Part shown: positions 44,848-53,875 of the stretch, in pieces | How the letters are laid out: every line of letters starts with the position of its first letter | How positions within the stretch are numbered: position 1 is the first letter of the stretch | Assembly (NCBI GenBank): GCA_942491115.1 | Contig: CALNZV010000020.1 | Coordinates: forward strand, 896,524-960,523 | Reading direction: 5' to 3' | Length of the DNA: 64,000 nt | Source of the DNA: an uncultured Desulfobacteraceae bacterium | Lineage (GTDB): Bacteria; Desulfobacterota; Desulfobacteria; Desulfobacterales; UBA5852 | Made by a program: the position numbers and the translations under genes | Notes under the pieces: generated by a model | What the model saw: only the letters and a program-made list of their open reading frames with translations | Databases searched by the model: none | What the model was told of the DNA's origin: nothing

Positions 44848-46580
44848 GGGGGGTGATCTCCAGGAGATGGACGGGCCGGCAAGTAGGCAACGGCCCAGGT
44901 GCCGGGCCCCATGTGGGCCCCGGAAGTCGACGACATGGGTTCGATCCAACCCACCGTGGCGCCGAGACGGGCTTCGATTGCCGGCTTAGCCACCGTTTCG
45001 ACCCAGTCGCGGTTATCCGTGTAGGCCAGAAGAATATGGACCGGACCCGTTTCGGGAAAGGCCGCCGCCATGGTGTCGAGGGCGAAGCGGACCTGGGCGC
45101 TTCGGCTTTTAACCGCACCCGCCTTTTCGGCCCCCCTGGCTGTGGGTCGAATCACCGGTTTGTAGCGGATGAAGTCACCGACCATCCCCCGGACCTTGGA
45201 TATTCGGCCGCCGGCAGCCAGAAATTTTAGCTGATCCAGAAACACCAGTTCATCACACTGTTCCGCCCGGGCCGCTGCGAAGGCGGCCACCGCTTCCAGA
45301 CCATGCCCTTCGGCGGCAAACCGGGAGACGTCTATTGCCAAAAGCCCCAGTTTGCCGGAGGCGGCCGCCGTATCGATCACCGCCATGCGGGCCCTGCACC
45401 GGTGGTCGCGAACCCACTTTCTGGCAATCTGGCAATTGCCGGTGAAGGCGGATCCCACCGCCAAATAGACCACTCGTTCATAGCGATCCACGAGCCGCTC
45501 GTAATGCTGATGCCGTTCAAATGTCGACGCCTGGGCCGTGGACACCTTCTCCCCTTGGGCCATGGCGTCGTAGAGAGCGTCGGGTTGAACCAAGCTTTCA
45601 GGAATGACCCGGTCATCGAAGACGAGATAGCTGTCCAGCAGAGAAATGCCCATCCGCCGGGCCGTATCGGGGCTGAGAGATCCAGCGGCATCGGTGACCA
45701 CATGAACCCCCGGGGACGAAATGGGCGGCGGCAGTGGGCTCGGCGGCAGATGGATTTCCTCTGGCTGCCAACGGAGAAGGGTTCCCAGTTCAGCCAGATG
45801 CCGGCGGGTGTCATCGATACGATCGACGTGGAGATGGACTTTTAGCAGTCGGTCATCGGATTGGGTCACCACACTGTTTCCCAGTCCGGCAACGATTCCG
45901 GCGGCATTGTCGACACCGTCGTTCAGCCGAATGGCGGCGTCGACACAATAGGCGTTAGACCTCCCCCTGTCCCCGGATGCCACCACATCCAGCAATCCGT
46001 TGAAAAGGGCCATCGGTGTCGGAAAGGTGAGTTTCCCACCCACCAGGCAGATCAGAAAACCTTCGAAAAACAAATACATGCCTAGTGCACCGGCATCCAC
46101 GACCCCTGCCGTCGTCAGAGCCGACAGCTGGTCTCGGGTTCGGATGACCGTCTCTTTGAGATGGGCGATCACCTCGGTTGCAGCCTCCGGCCCCATGGGC
46201 TGGGAGCGCTTGTCCAAGGCATCCGACAGGGCGTCGAAAACGGATAGCATCGTCCCCTGCTGGGGAGCGGCCAGGGCATCCCAGGCTGCCCTGGCCCCTT
46301 CGGCAGCGGGTAGCCCCAGCCGGCCAGGATCATCGACAGCCGTAAAGCGGGAAAAAAAGGCCGCAGCGATATTACCGGCATTGCCGGTGGCCGAAATGAG
46401 AAGCCGCCGGTCCAGGTCCGGCTTGGCCCCGATCGTCGTGAGAGGGGCCAGACTCGCGCGAAGGTTGCGGCCCGTATCCGCGTCGGCCACCGGGAAGACA
46501 TTGATGGTGTCGAGGAGTTCGCTCCAGGCGGCCATCCGCTCATAGCCGGTTGAAAACGCCTCTGCCAGGGGCGCTTTCAT
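44844..46580 (-). CDS. DAK2 (DhaL-like) domain fused to a DegV fatty-acid-binding domain
   Basis: The N-terminal INVFPVADADTGRN is a Dak2-type nucleotide-binding motif. The C-terminal ~280 aa is DegV-like (VHVVTDAAGSL...STAQAS...GSAFTGN...VIDTAAASG...GAHMGPGTWAV). The ATG at 46580 shares 1 nt with the thioesterase stop. Confidence 0.8.
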   Translation of the reverse strand: MKAPLAEAFSTGYERMAAWSELLDTINVFPVADADTGRNLRASLAPLTTIGAKPDLDRRLLISATGNAGNIAAAFFSRFTAVDDPGRLGLPAAEGARAAWDALAAPQQGTMLSVFDALSDALDKRSQPMGPEAATEVIAHLKETVIRTRDQLSALTTAGVVDAGALGMYLFFEGFLICLVGGKLTFPTPMALFNGLLDVVASGDRGRSNAYCVDAAIRLNDGVDNAAGIVAGLGNSVVTQSDDRLLKVHLHVDRIDDTRRHLAELGTLLRWQPEEIHLPPSPLPPPISSPGVHVVTDAAGSLSPDTARRMGISLLDSYLVFDDRVIPESLVQPDALYDAMAQGEKVSTAQASTFERHQHYERLVDRYERVVYLAVGSAFTGNCQIARKWVRDHRCRARMAVIDTAAASGKLGLLAIDVSRFAAEGHGLEAVAAFAAARAEQCDELVFLDQLKFLAAGGRISKVRGMVGDFIRYKPVIRPTARGAEKAGAVKSRSAQVRFALDTMAAAFPETGPVHILLAYTDNRDWVETVAKPAIEARLGATVGWIEPMSSTSGAHMGPGTWAVAYLPARPSPGDHPP

Positions 46581-46990
46581 TAATCGCAACCCAAGGCCGT
46601 CTGAATCTCCGGAGGAATCTCGAAGTCGAGGACCATATCCGGAAGCTTGACAGCCACCTGCTCGCTGGTGGCCCGGGTGCAAATCTCGCCGTCGGGCATT
46701 CGGCGGATCTCAAAAGCCATGGCAATCTTGTAACGCGCTTCGGTAACGGTGGCCTTGCAGACAAAATCGTCTCGAGGCCCCAAAGCGGCGATGTGTTTGC
46801 AGGAGGTTCGGGTGATCGGAAATACGACCTGCTTTTCATGGAGATAGCGGAACAGGTCGATGCCAGCCGCCTCGAAGAGAGCAAAACGGGTTTCGTCAAA
46901 ATAGGAGGCGTAGTTGCCGTGCCAGACCACCCGCATGGGGTCGAGATGGTGGAAGGGAACTTTGAAGGATTTTTCGTAACTGAAGGCCAT
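46580..46990 (-). CDS. Hotdog-fold acyl thioesterase (4HBT/YbgC-like)
   Basis: 136 aa with HHLDPMRVVWHGNYASYFDETR, as in 4HBT-type thioesterases. It is the first gene of the right-hand minus-strand operon. Confidence 0.8.
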   Translation of the reverse strand: MAFSYEKSFKVPFHHLDPMRVVWHGNYASYFDETRFALFEAAGIDLFRYLHEKQVVFPITRTSCKHIAALGPRDDFVCKATVTEARYKIAMAFEIRRMPDGEICTRATSEQVAVKLPDMVLDFEIPPEIQTALGCD

Positions 46991-47221
46991 CGTCGGTCTC
47001 ACTGATCGAGTCATCGCTTGGGGCGGTGGGTGGAATAGACCTGTTTGTTCTGCAGACGTCCCCAGGGGACCCTCCAACCGCCCCTGCCGGCACCGGCCTG
47101 TGCCCGGAGTCCGGAAAGGGTTGGACCCGGCGTTGCCTGGGCCGCCAACCGGGAGCAGGCTGGGAAGTGGGAATCGATCAGTCCGGGCATCAGGGGTCGG
47201 AATGCCTACCGTCGCCAGGAG

Positions 47222-47905
47222 TCAGGGTCGGCCATCGGAAGCGTCGCCGGTTAAAACCAGCACAATGAGCTCTTTAGGTCCATGAACGCCGAAGGCCAGG
47301 GTCATCTCGATATCCGCTGTCTTTGACGGGCCTGAAACGAGTATTGCGTTGGTGGGCATGTGGTCGGCCCAGTCTCGCTCTTGGATAAGTTCACAGAAAC
47401 TGTTGTAAATGGTTTCGGCTTTCACCAGGGCAATGTGAATCGGAGGCACCAGGGACATGGTTCTGGGCTCATTTTCGTCTGGCCAGAGAACGATGGCGCC
47501 GGTTTCGGCAATGGCTCCGATGGTGGTGGTGATCGCTGCATCGATCTCGAAAAGGGTGTCCTTAACCCTTTCGATGGGGTCGGTAAATGGGATTCGATCG
47601 GGCAAATTCGGGTCTCCGGCTTCCCAGGCATCCTTCAGGGAATCGACGATCCAAGTCCCCTCACCGTAGAGAAGGGATTTGACGCCCCGTTTGGCAAGAA
47701 TGGATTTCAACAGGCCGACCCACTCCCCTTCGCCCACCACGTGAACCTCGCTCCGGATGGCCTCCATGCAGGTTTTCAAGCGCTCGATCCGATCGTTTAC
47801 CGACAGGGAAGCAATGGGCATGCAGACAGAGGCCGGCTCGGGGGGGGAGGATCCCAATGACCGGCGCAGGCGTTTCAGTATCTTCTCACGGGATGGGCTA
47901 CTCAC
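47222..47905 (-). CDS. lutC: Lactate utilization protein C (LUD domain, LutC/YkgG)
   Basis: 227 aa LUD-domain pattern. Its start overlaps the lutB stop, and it is the third gene of lutABC. Confidence 0.85.
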   Translation of the reverse strand: MSSPSREKILKRLRRSLGSSPPEPASVCMPIASLSVNDRIERLKTCMEAIRSEVHVVGEGEWVGLLKSILAKRGVKSLLYGEGTWIVDSLKDAWEAGDPNLPDRIPFTDPIERVKDTLFEIDAAITTTIGAIAETGAIVLWPDENEPRTMSLVPPIHIALVKAETIYNSFCELIQERDWADHMPTNAILVSGPSKTADIEMTLAFGVHGPKELIVLVLTGDASDGRP

Positions 47906-49328
47906 GGGGCAGTCCCTCCTCTTTGGCCATCACATGGAGGCTCTTTGGAGCAAACCGTGGCGCCGATCGGGCGGAGGTCCACGCCAAAAGAGGCCCGAGA
48001 CGCGGGAGCAGATGGCCGATTCTCCCGAGTACGGCGTTGTTGATGGTGTTGAGCCCGGGGGAAGTGTTCAACAGGGCCCAGGCCTTCCATGTCAGCGACT
48101 CAATAATGTTCTTCTTGTATCCATGGCCGGGCACCCGACCTGACGGGCCCCGCTGGTAGCTCTCGGTCCGCATTCGGCGAATCAGGTCCGGCAGCGGAAT
48201 CTTTACCGGGCAAACGTCCCCGCATGCCTGACACAGGCTGGATGCCGTGGCTAGCTCCCCCGCCTTCTCGAGCCCTTCGAGCTGTGGGGTCAACACTTCG
48301 CCGATAGGACCGGGGTAGACAAACCCGTAGGCATGGCCTCCGATTCGGACATAAACCGGACAGTGGTTCAGGCAGGTGCCGCACCGGATGCACTGAAGGG
48401 ACTGCCGCAGCTCCGGATCGGCAAGAATATCGGAGCGCCCGTTGTCGAGGATGAGCAGATGCACCTCCTCCGGGCCATCCTTCTCCCCCTGGCGGCGGGG
48501 AGACGTGATCATATTGACGTAGGTGGTAATGAGTTGGCCCGTTGCCGATCCGGTCAGCAGTCGCAGCAGAGGCGGAACCTCCTCGAGGCGCTCCACCACC
48601 TTTTCGAGCCCCATGACGGCAATGTGTACCGGTGGCACCGTCGTGCACATCCGACCGTTTCCTTCATTTTCCACCAGACACAGGGTGCCCGTCTCGGCAA
48701 CGGCCATGTTCACGCCGCTTAAGCCCACCTGCCCGTCGAAGAACTTCTGCCTGAGGGTCTTGCGGGCAATGGCGTTCAACTCCTCCACGACCTCGGTATA
48801 GGGGGTGTCGGGGATCATTTCATGAAAAATACGGGCAATCTGGTCTTTGTTTTTGTGAACGGCAGGAACGATGATATGGGATGGCGGCTCCCCCGCCAGC
48901 TGGATGATGAACTCCCCCAGATCGGTTTCGATCGCCTCAGCGCCCTGGGCTTCCAGGAAGTGGTTAAGACCCATCTCCTCGGACAACATGGATTTGCCTT
49001 TGACAAGCCGCGTGGCCCCGTGCCGATTCATAATGGACAGAACCACCCTATTGGCCTCCTCGACGGTCTCCGCCCAGTGCACGTGGATGCCGTTGGCCGT
49101 GCAATTGGCTTCGAGCTGCTCCAAGAGGTCCGGCAGGCGGCTGAGGGCGCGCCGTTTGATGTCGCTGCCCAGGGCCCGAAGGGAGGCCAACTCATCCGGA
49201 TCCGAAAAGACGGCCCTACGCTTGGCGATCAGACCATCCATGGCCGATTTCAGATTGCGACGCAGCTGGGAATCGGCAAGGGCCTTGGCGATGTTGCTTT
49301 TGAAATTGAAGCCGGTCGGGTTATGCAT
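47898..49328 (-). CDS. lutB: Lactate utilization iron-sulfur protein LutB/YkgF
   Basis: Two ferredoxin-type motifs, CIRCGTCLNHCPVY and CQACGDVCPVKIP, plus the LUD domain. ATG at 49328 (MHNPTGF...). Confidence 0.9.
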   Translation of the reverse strand: MHNPTGFNFKSNIAKALADSQLRRNLKSAMDGLIAKRRAVFSDPDELASLRALGSDIKRRALSRLPDLLEQLEANCTANGIHVHWAETVEEANRVVLSIMNRHGATRLVKGKSMLSEEMGLNHFLEAQGAEAIETDLGEFIIQLAGEPPSHIIVPAVHKNKDQIARIFHEMIPDTPYTEVVEELNAIARKTLRQKFFDGQVGLSGVNMAVAETGTLCLVENEGNGRMCTTVPPVHIAVMGLEKVVERLEEVPPLLRLLTGSATGQLITTYVNMITSPRRQGEKDGPEEVHLLILDNGRSDILADPELRQSLQCIRCGTCLNHCPVYVRIGGHAYGFVYPGPIGEVLTPQLEGLEKAGELATASSLCQACGDVCPVKIPLPDLIRRMRTESYQRGPSGRVPGHGYKKNIIESLTWKAWALLNTSPGLNTINNAVLGRIGHLLPRLGPLLAWTSARSAPRFAPKSLHVMAKEEGLPRE

Positions 49329-50079
49329 GGGTTCGCTCCCAGATAAAATCGGCAATGTGCTGCCCCCTCACCGGAATTTTCCGGTACTCGAGAGCCCCTG
49401 TAATGTTCATGAGACAGCCGCAGTCCCCGGAGATGACTCGTCTGGCACCGGTCAATCGGATGTCGGCAATCTTGTCCGTCACCATGGCGGCCGAGATGGC
49501 GGGCTGTTTTACGGAAAAGGTCCCTCCGAATCCGCAGCATTCATCCTCACGCTCCAACTCGATGAGCTCAACCCGGTCGAGCTGGCGGATCAAGGATTTG
49601 GAGTCTTCGGTAACCTTCATTTCCCGCTTGGCATGGCAGGAGGAGTGCCAGGTCACCGATATCGGCCGCCCCCGATCTTTCAGCCTCGCCTTCATGATGT
49701 GCACCATGAACTCCGTCCACTCGAAAACCCGTCCGGCAAATCGACGGGCTTCGTCCCACTCGGGCTGGCCAGCAAAGAGATACGGGTAGTGGTGCTTCAT
49801 CATGCCGGCACAGGATCCCGAGGGCACAATCAGGGGATAGTTCTTGTCGAATACGGCCATCTGTTTTCGGGCCACCTGGCGGGCCTCATCCGGGAATCCC
49901 GAATTGTAGGCGGGCTGACCGCAGCAAGACTGGCCGGGAGGGAAAACCACGTCGACCCCTTCGGCCTTCAGGAGCCGGATGGCTGCCATGCCGGCATCCG
50001 GAAACATAGAGTCAACCAAGCAGGTACCAAAAAAATACACTCTGTCGGGTTTGGGGGGATAGGGTTGATTGGCATTCAT
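49321..50079 (-). CDS. lutA: Lactate utilization protein A, (Fe-S)-binding CCG-domain oxidoreductase LutA/YkgE
   Basis: VYFFGTCLVD...GQSCCGQPAYNSG and a second CCG block ECCGFGG. ATG at 50079. Confidence 0.9.
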   Translation of the reverse strand: MNANQPYPPKPDRVYFFGTCLVDSMFPDAGMAAIRLLKAEGVDVVFPPGQSCCGQPAYNSGFPDEARQVARKQMAVFDKNYPLIVPSGSCAGMMKHHYPYLFAGQPEWDEARRFAGRVFEWTEFMVHIMKARLKDRGRPISVTWHSSCHAKREMKVTEDSKSLIRQLDRVELIELEREDECCGFGGTFSVKQPAISAAMVTDKIADIRLTGARRVISGDCGCLMNITGALEYRKIPVRGQHIADFIWERTHA

Positions 50080-50358
50080 TTTTAGACACCACCTGACGGT
50101 TTCGGATTGCTGATTCCATATTGCCTTCAAGAGTTACTAAGACCGCTGATCCAGAAGATCAAGTGAAACCTTCCCGGGACGGATTCCCTATCGCGATGAA
50201 ACGGTCGTCTCCAAACACCCCGGCGTGCCTCCCTGGAAACCCTTGCGCGAACCCGGCACTTCCTTTATGCTTCTTCGGGGTGAGGGGGCACAGAGAGAGC
50301 CCCGGGTCAAGGACAATTGAATCAATCCGATTAGTTCAACACGACAAGGAGAGAGGCC

Positions 50359-50553
50359 ATGAAGGTCAAGATCGACTATGATTTATGCATGGGCGACCGC
50401 AACTGCAACAAAGTGTGCCCAACGGTTTTCGCATACGACGAAGACCAGATGCTCTCCCGAGTGACTGTGGATGAGGTTCCGGAAGACTTGAAATCGCTGG
50501 TGTTGCAGGCGGCTCAGGAATGCGCCCCCGGCGCCATCGTGGTTGAAGAATAG
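50359..50553 (+). CDS. Small ferredoxin with a CxxDxxC...CP cluster motif
   Basis: 64 aa with CMGDRNC (C10, D13, C16), C20-P and C55-A-P. GGAGAG RBS. Confidence 0.8.
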   Translation: MKVKIDYDLCMGDRNCNKVCPTVFAYDEDQMLSRVTVDEVPEDLKSLVLQAAQECAPGAIVVEE

Positions 50554-50700
50554 ACCGGGGGAATCGCCCCGTCATCCGATAGGTTATCGATCCGTCGAGA
50601 GAGGGCCAGGCGGGAAACGGACCCGGGTGTATTCGCAGTTGAGACCGACCGGTCCCTGCCCTCGACAGGGCACCTCCCCCGATTATTTGAGAAGACATCC

Positions 50701-51066
50701 ATGGAAACGAGGAACACGAAGGACAGGGGCTTGGTCTATTCGACGGCCCACGGCAGAATGTGTCCCCGTTGCGAGAATCCTGCCTCCCAATGCCGCTGTA
50801 AGAACGAGATGGCGCCGACGACAGGAGGCGGGACGGTCAGGGTGGGAAGACAGACCCGTGGCCGAAAGGGAAAGGATGTGACCACCATCAGCGGCCTCCC
50901 TCTGGACAAGACCGGCCTGAAGGCAATGTGCCGGCAGATGAAAAAAGGGTGTGGATCGGGGGGAACCGTCAAAGACGGCACCATCGAGATCCAGGGAGAT
51001 CACCGGAAAGCGGTGCTGGAAATGTTGAAGGGTCAGGGCTGGGCAGCACAAAAAGACGGCCGCTGA
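50701..51066 (+). CDS. yciH: Translation initiation factor SUI1/YciH family
   Basis: CPRC...C.C zinc-knuckle-like N-terminus and a SUI1 core KGKDVTTISGL...LKAMCRQMKKGCGSGGTVKDGTIEIQGDHR. Confidence 0.88.
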   Translation: METRNTKDRGLVYSTAHGRMCPRCENPASQCRCKNEMAPTTGGGTVRVGRQTRGRKGKDVTTISGLPLDKTGLKAMCRQMKKGCGSGGTVKDGTIEIQGDHRKAVLEMLKGQGWAAQKDGR

Positions 51067-51189
51067 TGTCGACGGTATCTCCGCCTCGCCACCCCCGATA
51101 AACCCATCGACGACCATCCCCGGGGGGGCGTCATGGAAGCCCCATGGACACCGGTCAGCCGATCGGTCATTCGGCCCGTCCGCGCAAGC

Positions 51190-51531
51190 CTACCACACGG
51201 CCATGTGATTGGTAACCCGGGCGCCCAGACCGTTTCGGAGACCAAATCCGATGACGGCCCCACATTGGTCGCAGGGTTCTTCATCCCAAATGACATCCTC
51301 CAGGACCGATAACGGACAATCTCCCAACTCGTATCGTGCCATGGTACATTCGCCACCCTCCCTGACGAACTCAACCCGATGCCTGCACCTGGGGCACTGC
51401 ACTGTCAGTACGTCAACCATCTCCACATCCTCCTGAGTTTCTTCTATCCCGAACCGAAACCGATCGTTCTGATCACGGGTCAGCGGCCATGGCCGTTTCA
51501 GCTGAACGGTTTTAGACAATGAAATGTCCAT
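51190..51531 (-). CDS. Hypothetical zinc-ribbon protein
   Basis: 113 aa with CPRC...CDQC (two CxxC pairs). Plausible composition, but I recognise no family. Confidence 0.5.
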   Translation of the reverse strand: MDISLSKTVQLKRPWPLTRDQNDRFRFGIEETQEDVEMVDVLTVQCPRCRHRVEFVREGGECTMARYELGDCPLSVLEDVIWDEEPCDQCGAVIGFGLRNGLGARVTNHMAVW

Positions 51532-51679
51532 CGGTCAATACCCACCGGATCTTTATGTCGACCTTGGACAGAATCCCCCTCAGTTCCTGATCACGACCCT
51601 ACAAAGTTAGACAATGCGTTTACATCTTGTTGACATGAAAAGCCTGCTGAATAGATTGGTGGTGAAAGGAATCCGATTT

Positions 51680-52060
51680 ATGACCGATTACCATCGAAAG
51701 CATCGACGATGCAGTGGAAGCACTCCAATCAGTTTCGGTTTTCTAAACCAGGACACCCGATATCTGGGCATCGCCAAAAACGTCTGCCGGGAGGGGATGT
51801 TTTTTGTCGCCGATAGGCCCCTGACACTCGGGGCGACCATTTCCATCAAACCCATCGACTGTCGACCCACCGAAGGACAAGACAGTCAAGAAACAGACTC
51901 GTCGGCAGACATCTGTCAAATCGTCCCTAAAGATGACCGTGAATCGTGCTTTCGAGTCAACAGCCTCGTCACTGCAAGGGTTAAACACTGTAAACGAATT
52001 CGGTTCAAAGCCCCGATGGAATATGGGATCGGTGTTCATTATCTGGGCCCCGCGGTTTGA
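51680..52060 (+). CDS. PilZ-domain-like protein
   Basis: RKHRRCSGSTPISF...GIAKNVCREGMFF resembles the RxxxR ... D/NxSxxG c-di-GMP-binding pattern. GC looks lower than in neighbouring genes. Confidence 0.5.
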   Translation: MTDYHRKHRRCSGSTPISFGFLNQDTRYLGIAKNVCREGMFFVADRPLTLGATISIKPIDCRPTEGQDSQETDSSADICQIVPKDDRESCFRVNSLVTARVKHCKRIRFKAPMEYGIGVHYLGPAV

Positions 52061-52508
52061 CGCCTTTCCATCGGATCCAGTATGGGGTAACCGATTGGCT
52101 TTACGGGGCAGGGGGGACAGGAGATAGAAAACTCCCTGGCACCATCACTCCGAATCCAACGGGTAACCAGTCATCGATCTTTCGCACTTAATGGTGAACG
52201 TCTTTCATCGATGGGGTCAACAACGATGGATCCCTCCGGACTCCGAGACGAAAAAGAAGTCGTCGGTCGTCCAGGCCGGCCGTCACCATCGGGGGGGTCC
52301 CCGGGCTCGCCACTATCCAATCCGAGGTCGTCGCTTTACCTGAGCCCCTTATACCGCCATAGTGGGACACCGATCGCTTGCCATGGATTCGACGACATCG
52401 GGATGGTGGACATTTAAACCTCAGCGGTTCCCGTAAGACCATCGTTAGCCGAAAGACGGTCGATGGTCCCTGGGGCAAGCGATCATCACTTATAAAAAGC
52501 TTTTCGAG

Positions 52509-53147
52509 GTGGGGATGACCGACCTGATCTGTCATGGAGACAGCCTTACCGAAGGCGCAGAGGTCGAACCGGCCTACCGATGGCCGGCCCTCGTTGCGAA
52601 CGGTTTGCGGATAGCGGTGGTCAATACGGGCATCGGGGGAGACACCACCGGTGGCCTGTTGAGCCGGCTTTCTGTCGACGTGGTGCCGAAACAGCCCAGG
52701 TTCGTGATTCTGCTGGGCGGCACCAACGACCTGTGGTGGGATCTGCCAGTGAACACGGTTCTTGCCAATATCTGTGCCATGGCCAGTCAATCGAGCTTCC
52801 ATGGAATCGCACCGATCATTGGGACGCCGCCCCCGGTCTGGGTGGATGGGGCTGTTCGCCAGTCTTATGCGCCGCCTGTCGGCGGTTACGGGCGGCTGAC
52901 CGAAACACTCGCCCGGCTTTCGGACGAGTTGAAAGCGGCTGCACACCGCATGGACATCCCCTGTGTAGACTTCCACAAACGGTTCGCCTCTGAAGCGGGA
53001 GAGCCCCTGGAAGCCTTCTACAACGAAGACGGGCTTCACCCGAATCGGGCAGGCCACCGCGAAATGGCGGCATCCGTTTGCACAGTGATGACCCGCATAT
53101 TCCTGATGAACAGAGGGACAGAAGACCCCGGTGCCGGCACGACCTGA
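52509..53147 (+). CDS. SGNH/GDSL hydrolase (lipase/acylhydrolase)
   Basis: Block I CHGDSLTEG, block II GIGGDT, block III GGTNDL and block V DGLHPN. Confidence 0.88.
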   Translation: MGMTDLICHGDSLTEGAEVEPAYRWPALVANGLRIAVVNTGIGGDTTGGLLSRLSVDVVPKQPRFVILLGGTNDLWWDLPVNTVLANICAMASQSSFHGIAPIIGTPPPVWVDGAVRQSYAPPVGGYGRLTETLARLSDELKAAAHRMDIPCVDFHKRFASEAGEPLEAFYNEDGLHPNRAGHREMAASVCTVMTRIFLMNRGTEDPGAGTT

Positions 53148-53260
53148 GCCCCCCCGGTGGGACCCAAGGAAAGCGCAATGACGTCGGTGACGTTCCTGGA
53201 AAGCCACCCCCATCAAGGGACTGAGCCCGCTTGGGGGGAACCCGAAGAGCGAAAAGAGAG

Positions 53261-53791
53261 ATGATGACGAACAATGGAGAGCACCCACCGGCGCCGGAAA
53301 TCGAACAGGCCGGGGAAGATCTTTTCAATTACGCCATCGACCGGGAGGACGTCAAATGGCTGCTGGCCCGCCTGCCAGATGGGGCGGAGACCAAGACCGG
53401 CATGGTGGAATACGAACTTCAACTTCTCAAAATCATCAGCGTCGGTTGGAGCCTTTCTTTCCACCTGGAAAGCAGCGCCCGGAAAACCCCTCTTTTGGAA
53501 TGCTTCTGGGAAACCGTGTATGAGTTCTCTCAAAAACTGTCGACCACGACCGGCATGATGATCGGACACGATGTCGACTATTTTCAGACCCTGAGAGACC
53601 GGCTGGATTTCTACGTGGAAGCACTCGGCAGAAGCAGGAAGAAAAACGATCCCGCCCATGTCATCGGTCCCGAATTCGCGGACGTCTGCGGAGACCGAGG
53701 CAATTTATTCTTAGCCCACACCGGATCGAAACTGTTCCTTTCCGCCGTGAGCAGAGTCAAAGCGTACCTGACGGCCATCCGATATGTCTGA
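53261..53791 (+). CDS. Hypothetical protein
   Basis: 176 aa from ATG-ATG at 53261, helical-looking, with good coding composition. No family recognised. Confidence 0.55.
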   Translation: MMTNNGEHPPAPEIEQAGEDLFNYAIDREDVKWLLARLPDGAETKTGMVEYELQLLKIISVGWSLSFHLESSARKTPLLECFWETVYEFSQKLSTTTGMMIGHDVDYFQTLRDRLDFYVEALGRSRKKNDPAHVIGPEFADVCGDRGNLFLAHTGSKLFLSAVSRVKAYLTAIRYV

Positions 53792-53823
53792 ACCGGACCC
53801 AGAAGTAAAACGCCCGTGGTCAG

Positions 53824-53870
53824 CGATTGAAATGTAGGCCGTGGACCCGGTCTGGGCAGTGTTTCAATCG
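53824..53870. terminator. Stem-loop between convergent genes (candidate bidirectional terminator)
   Basis: Perfect 9-bp arms CGATTGAAA / TTTCAATCG around a 29-nt GC-rich insert, between the stops at 53791 (+) and 53876 (-). Confidence 0.35.
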
Positions 53871-53875
53871 TCAGA

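Noticed and set aside
51064-51300. Long open frame continuing after the TGA stop of the SUI1/YciH gene (possible second Sec readthrough).
   Set aside because: SUI1 is already full length at 121 aa. The downstream frame is simply the antisense of the zinc-ribbon gene, has no protein-like pattern, and no hairpin follows the TGA.
52188-53288. 366-aa minus-strand ORF, one of the longest in this part of the track.
   Set aside because: It lies antisense to the well-supported SGNH hydrolase (all four SGNH blocks are present on the plus strand). Its translation is Arg/Pro/Gly-rich and low in complexity with no motif, which is typical of a shadow ORF in high-GC DNA.
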